DNA of 64,000 nt. Origin: Octopus sinensis. Taxonomy: Eukaryota. Numbering within the stretch: position 1 is the first letter of the stretch; every line of letters begins with the position of its first letter. Shown piece by piece: positions 50,983 through 64,000 of this stretch. Location of the stretch: positions 18,414,001-18,478,000 of the forward strand of contig NC_043014.1 of assembly GCF_006345805.1 (NCBI RefSeq). The letters are read 5' to 3'. A program made the translations under genes and the position numbers. The notes beneath the pieces were generated by a model. That model did no database searches, was not told where the DNA came from, and was given only the letters and a program-made list of their open reading frames with translations.

Positions 50983-52067
50983 CCCTTTCGTTACTATATT
51001 TCTGACCAAAATACACCCCTTATGTGTTTCAATTAATTTCTAACGTAATCATAAATTTAGTCTGGTTTCATTAAACAACTATAACTTTTTTATTTATCAA
51101 TATATTAACATGAATTTTGGAAGATAAATTAATGAAATGTTCTCAACCAATTCTATACTATAATTTTTGTCACAAAGTGACTCTAATTGCAGGTAGATAC
51201 AGGTAAATTCAACAATATATACAATTATTAAAATTTTGTTCAAACATCGCTATAGAAAATGGGTTATTAGCTAATATTCAATTGGGTATACAACAAAATT
51301 TTACGATAGAATTTGTTATTCTGTGTAACTTTCTGATACCCATAATAATATTTATGGCAAAATAGTCTTAATTTCATTTAAGATTGTGGGAAATAACAAA
51401 CTATCCTTTCTTTCGCTTTGTTTACGTTTAGCGTAACGGTTCGTTTCCGCCGTAATGATTTCAAATAGGCTCATTCGAAAAAGTAAAAAGAAATAGTCTA
51501 AGGCTTTACTCTTCTGGGAAAGTCCGTGGCTTGGTCCAGTTTCTTCAGAAAAATCACCGAAAGAAACAGTTTTTCAATTTTCACTCCATTCAGGTGCCAA
51601 TTCATTTTCTTTATCGCTGTCGGAGCTCTCGGATTCACTGTTTTCACTTTCGGAAAATGAAACATCAGATTCATTATCAAATACCACATGCTATTTTTTT
51701 CAGTCATAGAGTTAGATTTATGAAGGTCTTCAGTAGAAAATCCTTCGAATTCTGACTCACTGCTTGATATAATGAAATTCGTATCCATTTTTTGTCAGAA
51801 TTACAAATTTTGAAAACACAATAGGAACAAATTTCGGAAAAAAGCTCCCATAATTCACGGAATTAAAATTACACTTCGATTTTTGTACAAAACTGTAGTT
51901 GAACTGTTTACGAAGTATAATACGTGTTTTCACGAATGTACTAAAGAGATTTACTCCGATATTCTCATTTAAATATGAATAGGTAAATTCGGGCGGTTTG
52001 TGGCGGCTTGGTCACATTAACCAAAATTTTTTTCGGGCGGTTTCGGGCGGTTTGGTAACGAATGCAT
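50983..52067 (-). mobile_element. Internally deleted piggyBac element
   Basis: TTAA (50979-50982) + CCCTTTCGTTAC terminus; degenerate GTAACGAA at 52056-52063; acidic N-terminal remnant SSSESEFEGFSTEDL; TTCGGGCGGTTT subterminal repeats. Confidence 0.75.
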
Positions 52068-53099
52068 ACATTTATTAATAACTATATATAAGTGTCGTCT
52101 GTTTATACATAAACACTGTTTCATACTGCAATTATATATACATATATCTATATATAATATTATATAATAAAATATATACAGAATATGTGTATATATTTAT
52201 GTATGTGTAAATATATACTGAAAGAAGCACGGCTCGCTAATTAATACTACCAAAATTTAACGACAGAAAGTAAAATAAAAACCAATTTACCTTTTCTGTA
52301 TTGTTATAGCAATTCGACCGTCCGTGTGTCTTTGCAAATGTGTTGGAATGAGAAGTGAGTTGTGTTTGGCGCGTTTTTTTACTAATAACAAACACACACG
52401 CGTTTGTATGTAGTTGTTTGAAACGTTTGTGTTTGTCACTGTCATATATGTATGTGTATGCGTGTGTGTGAGGAATGACACACACACACTCACGCACGCA
52501 CACATGTACATCAATGCCTTCGGAGTGAAATGTTAAAATATTGAGTTTTCTCGAATTTTGTCTTAATTGGGGGTAAAATTGAAAGAAATTTTGTATGGCA
52601 TGACCCACTGAAAGTACTTTGAAAAATCATGGGTAAACTCTAATTGAAGAAATTGTGTGAGGAGTAAATCGTTATGTATTTATTTGTTTCTGTTCGCTGT
52701 GTTTTTTTTTTAGTAGTGGTTTAAGGTACACTTCTCTCGTGTTATAAAAATAGTTTCACTTTATTCGTTGCAAACTTGCAAAGAGAAAGTCGTAGAAATT
52801 AGAGTGATAGCGTGAGTGAATCAGATCGCTCCCTTTTTGTGTGTGTGTGTGTGCGTGTACTATAGCCCACACTAAGAAAAGCACTTGACTTAAACACAAC
52901 AATGTGAGTTTTCTCTAAATTTTGCTTAATTGGGTTGAAATTTTAAAAACTGGACCTGGTACGACCCGATGCATTCTACTCTTTAAAATACTAGGTAAAT
53001 TGTAATTGAAGAAATCCTATATTGTAGATTTCTATAAGAGACAAAGGGAGGCAGATAAAATCTGCCTTTTATAATGAGAGATATACATACATACATATC

Positions 53100-53350
<251 letters not shown>

Positions 53351-53548
53351 ATATATATATATACGTATGTATGTATATATATATAGAAAGAGACTTGGTC
53401 ACACTTGCTTCACGCTGATTTTATTGGAGGATTGAGTTTCAAGTATAATGGCATTTATGGAATACTCAGCCACATCACGCGTTCATTAAAGGAGAAGATG
53501 TCCTCCTCATTAATTATTCTGCATGCATGCATACACACATATATATAT

Positions 53549-54082
<534 letters not shown>

Positions 54083-54110
54083 ATATATATATATATATAA
54101 ATAAACTACG

Positions 54111-54498
54111 TGGCTGTGTGGTAAGTAGCATGCGTACCAACCCCATGGTTCCGGGTTCAGTCCCACTGCGCGGCACCTTGGCCAAGTGTCTTCTCCTGTA
54201 GCCTTGGGCCGACCAAAGCTTTGTGAGTGGATTTGGTAGACGGAAACTGAAGTGAAACTATCATATATATGTATATGTATATATGTGTTTGTGTGTGTTT
54301 GTATTTCTGTGTTTGTCCCCCCACAACATAGCTTGACAACCGATGCTGGTGTGTTTACGTCGCCGTAACTTAGCGGTTCGGTAAAACAGACCGATAGAAT
54401 AAGTACTGGGCTCACAAAGAATAAGTCCTGGGATCCATTTGCTCGACTAAAGGTCGTGAACAAACATGGCCGCAGTCAAATGACTGAAACAAGTAAAA

Positions 54499-54501
<3 letters not shown>
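54111..54501 (+). mobile_element. CORE-SINE; target variant AAGTAGCATGCG, unoccupied
   Basis: A/B boxes, core, internal microsatellite and tail as in other copies. Confidence 0.92.
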
Positions 54502-54536
<35 letters not shown>

Positions 54537-54691
54537 TATATATATATAATATATATATATAGGTTATAAAATGAGATAGGGGTTGAAAATTCAACCCACC
54601 ATGGGATATGATTTAAGTATGTTTCTCCATTTTCTAATTTTGTAGTATATATATATATATATATATATATTATTATATATATATATATACG

Positions 54692-55073
54692 TTTACTTGT
54701 TTCAGTCATTTGACTGCGGCCATGCTGGATCACTGCCTTTAGTCGAGCAAATCGACCCCCGGACATATTCTTTGTAAGCCTAGTACTTATTCTATCGGTC
54801 ACTTTTTTGAATCGCTAAGTTATGGGGACGTAAACACACCACCATCGGTAGTCAAGAGATGTTGGGAGGGGGGGTCAAACACAGAGACACAAAAATACGC
54901 ACATACACACACACATATATATATAGGGCGGGTTTATTTCAGTTTCCGTTCCCAAAATACATTCACAAGGCTTTGGTCGGCCCGAGGCTATAGTAGACAC
55001 TTGCCCAGTGGAACTGGACCTGGAACCATGTGGCTGGTAAGTAAGCTACTTTCCTCACAGCCACTCTTGCACC
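54692..55073 (-). mobile_element. CORE-SINE in inverted orientation to 54111; target variant unoccupied (55040-55051)
   Basis: Reverse complement of the tail at 54692 and of the head CAGCCACTCTTGCACC at ~55058-55073. Confidence 0.92.
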
Positions 55074-55080
55074 AATGCTT

Positions 55081-55176
<96 letters not shown>

Positions 55177-56049
55177 TATATACATACTTACATACATACA
55201 TACATAAATTCTTACATATATACACATAGAAAAATATGTTTATATATATATATATATATATATAATGCACGCGTGCATATGCGTTTGAAACGTTAAAAAC
55301 CATGAAAAATAAGTAAAATTTATTTGCTGAAATCAGTGAATAGAACTGTTGAATAAATGATTAGAAGCATTATATATTTTACTTGAAATATTTTTGTAAA
55401 TGCTTGGGATTATTTTCCCTGCTTCCTTCATCGTATCCTGTATAACATTTGTGCGTATAAATTCCTTAGCAACATTGTTGATAAGAATGCTCTCGCCATT
55501 AAATTATAATAATCAAAACTTGGCGTGATTTAGGTTAATCAATATATTAAATATTGATATATTAATATTAGTTATACAGCTTTGAAGTTAAGCTGGGCAA
55601 GTGACAATCGGAAATTGCAGTTTCGATACTCGGTCTCATTCATATAATTTGCAGAATAAATGCGGAACAAATCTAAGGGAGACAACTCCTATTGACTTGA
55701 TGCAAATATCTTTACTTTCGTCGCGTCTTCTCTAACTAGGTATTTCTGCGTGAGATAAACAAGGGTAAATGCAAGATGTTTGAGTGGATAGAGGTATTGG
55801 ACGTTCGTATTCTGCATTGGGCAGTGAGCGTGAGTGTAGTTATCGCACGTAAATCAATAAGAAGGTACCAAGTTCTATACACTGCCTCATACACGAAGAC
55901 ACCGATCATATTTTAGTATGGCGAAATAAAATTAGCTTTAAAGAGGGGCCTTGGTAAAGAATGTGCCAGTAGAGAGGGCTATACCACAGCAATGGAGCGG
56001 CTTTCAGTGAGCGATAAGGATGATGATTTGCAGAATTGTGAAGACTACC

Positions 56050-56401
56050 TAATAATGATGATGATAATGATGATGGAGAAGTTGGTGTTGTTGGTGATGT
56101 TGGTGTTGGCAGTGATGACGATAATGATGATGATGATGATAATGATGATGATGATCATTATGACGGTGAGGATGTCGATGATGTTCAAAATGATGATGAT
56201 GACGACCACGCCGATGGTGATGTTCAAGACGCAGATGATGATGATGATGATGACGGCGACGATGATGATGACGATGACGTTCATAATGATGATGTCGATG
56301 ACGACGATGATGATGATCAGGATGCCGATGATGCTGATGATGATGACGATGATGCTGATACTGAGTATGATGTTGACATTTATAATGACGGTTACGATAA
56401 C

Positions 56402-56442
<41 letters not shown>

Positions 56443-56475
56443 CGACGACGACGACGACGATGGCGACGACGTTAG
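56050..56475. repeat. Degenerate (GAT/GAC)n array
   Basis: Directly visible; source of the Met-rich ORF 55992-56492. Confidence 0.95.
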
Positions 56476-57179
56476 TGATGTATATTCATTGAGTGACATT
56501 GCTGTTGCTGATATCAATGATGCTGATCGTATCGCCTGTACATTCGATCATCACTTCGAATACACGAGCAATCAGCAGAACACATAGCGTACATGTAAAT
56601 GGCAAAGGATACAAAAACGTGTATTGTACACTGACTTGACTATGTACAATAAAATACTCAGTCAAACGACAGCCGTGGAATATAGACGATATCTCCTAAG
56701 TATTGCTGTAGTGCGTTACCTTACTTCATTTGGCATGAACACTCCCATAATTGATAAATTAACAACAACAACAACAATAATAATATCAACAATGATAATG
56801 TTATTAATTCTTTCTACTAAAAGCATTGGGGCTGCTAATTTGGGGAAATAGTCAATCATATCGACCCGTTTGCTCATCTTATATTCTCGCTCTCGAAAGG
56901 ATGAAATGCAAAGCAACCTCAGCAAATACATTGCAGAACGTTAATGCCGCTTAGCATTTTGTCCGACGAACAAACAATTCCGTCGGCTCGCCGCCAATGT
57001 TCTCTCTATTAACCAAAACGGGTTAACAAAAAAGATCGAGAAGTGTACAGAATGATATAAAGCTGAGTTTTGTAAACGCGTGTAAACAATAAAATAACAT
57101 AAGTAAAAAGAAAAAAAGAGGAGGAAAATAAAATTCATACAAGAATTCCTTAAAAGTGCTGCTCGTGGAAACTCGACAA

Positions 57180-58372
57180 ACCAGGGTCGTCCTGACCACT
57201 AAAACAAATGTTTTCCCAATTCACCTATTTCCTGTTCACTTTCCCGAGTCTGTAGGCGCATGCTCCGAGCAAAACCGTTCACCCATCATTCCTCTCACTC
57301 ACTTTGCAACAAATTCGGTGAGGCTGCCCTGATTTTCCTTCTCAAGTGAAACTTGGCAAACCTGATAATGAATGTGTCTGATCTCAGGACGAACAGTCTT
57401 CTTCAACATAAACTCTCTTTCGTCAAAGCCACAAGACAGATTACTCTGCTAGTCCTTTGCGGCGAAAGTAAGACAGTGACATGATCTCATCTCTATACGG
57501 AGCAACCAGTGTTTTAAAGAATTTCACAAGTCAACAATATTTGAGCACTTCAGGAGTGCATGCTGAATAGTTATGTTGCTTGCGCCCATTTAAGGTGAGT
57601 ATGAATGACAAATATTACTTGACTGCAGAGCTTATCCCATACCAATAGAGTACCTCGGGAACACTGTCAGGTCAGAGACATTTTGGATTTATGTATTAGT
57701 TTTAGACCGAAAGTTCTCCATAACAGACCAGGCTGTTGATTTTCATCGACGGCCTTTGTGTCCCTGAATAAAGCAGAATGGAACTTCCACAGACCGGATT
57801 GACCTACGTGTTGAGGGCTTTGGACATTTGATGGAACTAGGTGCCAGGTATCCTACTTTACTCTATACTTGATGAAATCGATGAGCTGAAGTAAAGCGAG
57901 CCTGAAAAACTGACCACGACTGCCCACCATCAAGGAAACGCTGAAGATGCCGCAGACAAAGCGCATATCTGCGTATCATCAGACCCGGCATGCCCGATCT
58001 TCCTGGCAGCAGATGTTGAACTGGAGCACAATAGTCAGGTGATAATATATGACGGACGAGATGAAGCTGTTCCTCAATTTTGTCTTGGTTGTTGACCCTG
58101 TGGAAAACTTTCAGTTGATCTAAAGAACCATTTCAGATTAATTTTCATCCTCACCATGATGTATCCAACGAGTTGGGGTTTGTCATGGATAGGTCTATTC
58201 GGAAAGAAACATGTTTGCACATTACTGATCAGACCATCGACAACAATTTCCAAATACTTCGCTAATACCTTGTCCAAAATTTTGAGATCTATAGTTAATA
58301 CATTTAAGGACCGAAAATTGTCACTGTGATCCCTTTGTTTGTGTCTTTTCTCAATAGCGCAATCGGTTCGCT
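57180..58372 (-). pseudogene. Decayed Tx1/L1-clade ORF2 reverse transcriptase fragment
   Basis: NFRSLNVLTIDLKILDKVLAKYLEIVVDGLISNVQTCFFPNRPIHD then, frameshifted, LDQLKVFHRVNNQ; matches the L1/Tx1 RT motifs N.RPI.LL..D.KIL.K.LA..L......Q and LD..KAFDRV. Confidence 0.75.
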
Positions 58373-58770
58373 TGACCATCTTGCTGTCTTCTTCTTCTTC
58401 TTCTTCTCTTCTTCTTCTTCTTCTTCTTCTTCTTCTTCTTCTTCTTCTTCTTCTTCTTCTTCTTCTTCTTCTTCTTCTTCTAATCAGACTCACGCCATTA
58501 GCCACAAATAATAATCTCAAATTCGAGCCTACACTAAGCTACTAAGAATGCGTGTGGCAACTTGAAAATCCACCCACCGCATGTGATAGACTGGCGGTTG
58601 CTCGGGCGCGAAAGCTACGTTGTTATTCTCATACCGTAAACGGTGGCTTTTAACGGGTGGAGAGCTGAACCACCCTAGGGTACAGAGGATTCGCAATCTA
58701 GACTAGGGTCTGAAAGTTTTACCGCACCATAGTGGGTTACACCATGGTTTCTCTGTTTTGTGGCATAAGT

Positions 58771-58957
58771 AGGAAGAAAGAGTGAGAGAAAGTTGTGTTG
58801 GAAGAGTACAGTGGGGTTCACCACCCCTCCCCGCGGGAGCCTCGTGGACCTTAGGTGTTTTTTCTCAATAAACTCTCACAATGCCCGGTCTGGAAATCGA
58901 AACCGGGTTCTTACAACCGCGTGTCCGCTGTTCTAACCACTGGGCCATTGCGCCTCC
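58771..58957 (-). mobile_element. tRNA-derived SINE, third family
   Basis: Homologous to 22120-22295 (GAGCCTCGT.GA.CTTAGGTGTTTT.CTCAATAA, GAAATCGAAACC). Confidence 0.85.
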
Positions 58958-60054
58958 ACACCTGTTGCTGTTGGTTGCGCTTTTTCTATTGTTGTTCTCA
59001 TTGTCGTTGTTGCTGGTTACTGTTGTCTGCAGTAGCTGTGGTTCTTGTTTTATTTTTCTTGTAGTTACTACTTATGTTGCTGCTACTATTGCTGATTATT
59101 GCGTCAGGTTTAGTGATAGGAAGCGTTGACAACGAGCGATAGCTTCACCCTCAAAATTACCTCCTACCTCTCTCTCTTGCTGGTTCTTCAGCAACAAGGA
59201 ATGTTTAGAAGTAATTGTGGAAATTTTGCCTTTGCTTTGAAAAGCTTTCCTAAATATATAAAAACATGGAATTGACCTCGGCGGAATTTGAACTCAGAAC
59301 GTAAAAGGAAAAGCGGTATTAACCTGGTCGGCGTCATATGAACATAGAATCAGCAAATGCATTCCTTTAAAAAGGAAAGAAGTCAAATTCAGGGAGCTTT
59401 CAAAAGATTCAGTTACGGTGATGACGGCAACAGCAAGAACAGCAGTGACAACAATAGCACCATCACCGAAGCCGCCACCACCGCCGCCGCCGCCACCACC
59501 ACAACCACCACCTCACCCCCCTCCATCCCACCCGACAACAACATGAACAATAACAACAAAAGGGAAAATAAAAAAAATAATGATAATTGTTATAGGAATA
59601 AGGGTTGAAAGTGGGGAGAGTTGATTAATTCGACTTTCGGAAGATGACCTGTACTCTAAGAATGAAAAGTAAATTTAACTACGGTAGGATTTGAAATCAG
59701 AATATAAAGAGATGGAACAAATACCGCAAGACATTTCCTCTGAAGTACTAACGATTCTTATTTCTTTATTGCCCACAAGAGATTAAACATAGAGGGGAAA
59801 AACAAGGACATACAAAGGGATTAAGTCGATTACATCGACCCCAGTGAGTAATTGGTACTTAATTTATCGACCCTGAAAAGATGAATGGCAAAATCGACCT
59901 CGGCCGAATTTGAACTCAGAAGGTAAAGACAGACGATATACCTGTCTGCTTGAGGTCCTTGTTGTGACTTGACAAACAGTACAAACCCCCGGTAGATACA
60001 ATCTCTTCAATCAACAACCTCATGAAATTGTATATTGTGATACGTCTAGAATAA

Positions 60055-60055
60055 C

Positions 60056-60102
<47 letters not shown>

Positions 60103-60136
60103 CAACAACAACACAACAACAACAACAACAACAATA

Positions 60137-60212
<76 letters not shown>

Positions 60213-60232
60213 CAACAACAACAACAACAATG

Positions 60233-60287
<55 letters not shown>

Positions 60288-60307
60288 TGATAATAATGAT
60301 GATGATA

Positions 60308-60360
<53 letters not shown>
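60055..60360. repeat. Compound (AAT)/(AAC)/(GAT)n array
   Basis: Directly visible. Confidence 0.97.
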
Positions 60361-60362
<2 letters not shown>

Positions 60363-62402
60363 CAAATTTTGGCGCAAGGCCAGCAAGTTCAGGGGAGGCG
60401 GTGAATCGATTACGTTGATCCAGTACTCAACTGTTACTTATTTTATCGAAGTCGAATTTGGACGTAGAACGTAAGGACGGACGAAACACCGGTGAGCATT
60501 TGCCCCGACGTGCAGTAACAAGAAGAAGAAGAAGAACAACAGCAACAGTAATAATTCTTTTTTTACCACAATGGCAATGACGTGAGAAGACATTACAAAT
60601 AGATGTTGCGGCTCAGTTACGGAGAATAATAAAAATAATCAATTTTATATAAACACAAGTTCCGAGACTTGGTAAGAGGGAAAATTCCATTGCGTAGATC
60701 ACTAGCGAAGAACATGTACCTTATTTTATCGACTCCAGAAAGATAAAAAAAACGACATAAGTGAGATCTGAACTCAGAACCGTAAAGAACTGTAACTATA
60801 TACTGCACGACATTTTGTTCAATGTTCTAATAATTATGAGAATACTGATATTGACACAAAGAAGCACATTTAGAGGGGAGGTTGGCGGTAAGAGTCGATT
60901 ATATCGATTCCAATACTTGTCTGATATTTGTTTTATCGACATCAGCATCATGAAAAACAAAAACTGACCTCGGTGGAATTTGAAATCAGAACATTAATGT
61001 TCCTTATTAAATAACACAATCAAAAATTATCAGCTTCCGCTGCTGACCGGCGATCAGAAGAAAATAACTTATTGATTTCGAACATCGACTAAACGCAAGA
61101 AATTAATAGGGGAAATATACAGTTAATGTAATCGAACACAACATTTGAGTGGTGCTTTGTTTTACCAATCTCAAAAGGAAAAGAAAAAAATTCAGATTAT
61201 TTGAACTTTCAAGTACTTAAGCACCACATATTGCCAAGTGCTCTGCTAAATAAAATTGACTTGTAATAACGGCGCAAAGCATGAAAAAGTTTTACAAGAG
61301 GCTTGAGTCGATTTAACTTCGAAATAGCAATCAAATTTCCACCAAATCACTCTATACTGACGCAAATGACTAAACGACGCATTATATATGGTTGTTTTAG
61401 ATACTGTTATAAAGAACAGAATGGAACATCAGCCTAACATGTAATCATACAATCGCTGAGCTAAGCTTATACAATGACGTCAACAGGAAAAGCTGATCTG
61501 GTACTATATTTAATTGACTCTTAGACAAAGGTAAAGTATATCCCACTTCCGATTGCCTTCAAATATAGACATAAGGGGAAAGCAACTTAACAGAAAGAGA
61601 AAGACTTAATCCGTTAGGCTATCCTGGTATTCACTGCCTTAATTGGGTTTTCGTTTTAACGATCGTTAAAGTATTTAAACTGTGAATAGCTGTGTGTTTA
61701 AAAAGTCAACATCGCAACTACTGAGTTCCGATTTGTATACGGAGGCCTAGAGTAACCAATAAGTCGAACGGAAAAGTGTTAATCGGCGCAGCTCATTGCG
61801 TTTAAACGTCACTGAAGTCAAATCTGCCTTTATCCTCTCGAGGTTATTAATACTGGTACAGCCGAATACTGGCACAGCTTAGTGTCATTCCGGCTGTTAC
61901 ATCTTGGAAGTTACGTTGTTTTATCACTGGAAGATGGTGAAGTCCTATGTTTGCTCTACATGGTATTTAAAACAATTAACAATTAACAAAAGCTTGGTAC
62001 ATTTAATTAGGCCATAACCAATTTCCAGTGATGGTCATGGTTTTAGATTCGAGTCAGCCAAAGCATGGTTGATGAAATTTGAAAAAGGAAAACTATGTTG
62101 TAGCCCGTCGGAGGGACCATTTCGGACCTTAATTGGCAATTAAAGTTATCCGAGGCTTTAAAACCATCTCCTCATCGATGAGTGAATTTAGGGTGTTGTA
62201 TAGGATGTATTATAGTTACACCTTTACTCTGCAGATATATATATATATATGTTACCATCGACAATCATCCGAAGGTATGAGAAAGTCTGTGAGGGCTCCC
62301 ATGTATCCTCTGAGGAAGCAATTCAAGGAGCAGATGACTAAACAATCCAATTCGCACAATGATCGTCCGTTCCATTACTAACAGTCCTATCTACATAAGC
62401 GA

Positions 62403-62452
<50 letters not shown>

Positions 62453-62472
62453 ATATATATATATATATATAC

Positions 62473-62534
<62 letters not shown>

Positions 62535-62543
62535 GTATATATA

Positions 62544-62592
<49 letters not shown>

Positions 62593-63793
62593 CAAATATA
62601 TACATATATATATACATATATATATATATACATATATATATATGTGTATATATGTATGCATGTAAGTATAAACAGATGCGCTCATATATTGCACACATTA
62701 ATCTACAGTTTGCTCACCTAAATTTGAAGCCAATCATTTTAGATACAGGAAGTTAATTCTTGCAGAACGGATGTTATGGTCGAAGAATTATTAAAATTGA
62801 ATTTTCGTGTTGTCAGAGATGTTATGCTTCTTGTAGTTGATTTTTGTTGATATTGAAGTTGCTGTCACTCCTACCATAAGCTATATATACGTATGTACGT
62901 GTGTGTGTATGTATGTATGTATGTATGTATGTATGTATGTATGTATGTATGTATGTATGTATGTATGTATGTATGCATTTATGTATGTATATATGTATGT
63001 ATGTATTTACGTGCATGTAAGTATCTGTATATATGTATGTGTATACATATATTTATATATATGAATATATATATATATTTATACATGTATGTATATATTG
63101 CTTGTGCATTTGTGCATGCGTGTGAGTGTGTGTATTTATATATGTGGATATTTGTATGTGCATCCATTTGTATATATTCGGATGGATTTTATGTGTATGT
63201 TTTTGTATGTAGCCGCTAATGCATCATTTCAGTAGTAATTTATGTGTCTATTGAAAAGTATGTCTGTAAATATACGAATATATATATATATATTTACAAA
63301 CGCACATATTCATATATACATATATATGTATGTCTTTATGTATGTATGCTTGTTGCGTGTGTATGCATATGCGTATATGCATGAATGTATATATGTGTAT
63401 ATTTGTATATGATTTATAGTTATGTTAGTGTGCATGTGTACAAGTGTGTATTTGTCAGTGTCTAAATTCATATATGATAGTACTTGCACTTCACACATAT
63501 ACGCTCAGCGCACATATCCTTTTGTGAACACATACAAACACATAGCAGATACACATAGACACATGCACATATGCACAAATAGAAAAAAAATATTGGCTTT
63601 ATTTATGTTTGTGTTTAGTTTTTTCTCTTCATTTCTCTCTCCATTCACCCTCCTTTTGTTTTTGCTCAAATACACGTAAACCAAAGTATTATACACACAT
63701 ACATACACACACACACATACATACGCACGCATACATACGCACGCATACATACGCACGCATACATACGCACGCACACATACACACACGACACAT

Positions 63794-63827
<34 letters not shown>

Positions 63828-64000
63828 GCACAACTATATATAGATATATATTTGCACATACGTATACGTTTGGAGTGTGTATGTGTGTGTGTCTATGAAT
63901 GCAATCGTATATGTGTGTGTATATATATACATACATATACTTGTACAAACATATATATCCACACACAATATAATATATATATATTTATATATATATATAT

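Overview
This is eukaryotic, AT-rich, microsatellite-saturated non-coding DNA; the SINE/LINE families look octopod (coleoid cephalopod), which is my inference. There is no intact protein-coding gene. Most ORF-track entries are translations of simple repeats. The window holds decayed mobile elements: tRNA-derived SINEs of at least 3 families, CR1/L2, RTE, Tx1/L1 and REL-type (R4/Dong-like) LINE fragments, Penelope-like pieces, four mariner remnants, a piggyBac deletion derivative, a hAT MITE and Helitron/Helentron-like non-autonomous elements. There are also a few candidate host exons. The standout is 24342-28362: two diverged, full-length ~2-kb RT-less retroelements sit head-to-tail at exactly the same 12-bp site between the A and B boxes of one CORE-SINE, with three copies of the target duplication. 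Each encodes a Tx1/L1-ORF1-like protein (RRM-like region, CCHC knuckle in copy B) ending at an aligned stop, plus a second small overlapping +1-frame ORF with no family I recognise. This looks like a SINE-targeting, non-autonomous 'half-LINE' system. Other notable items: a minimal hammerhead ribozyme in an inverted Penelope-type terminus (34545-34590), a 280-bp fold-back of a SINE head plus flank (44119-44398), and an (ATAC)n-embedded REL element. All coordinates and alignments were made by eye; no database searches were run.
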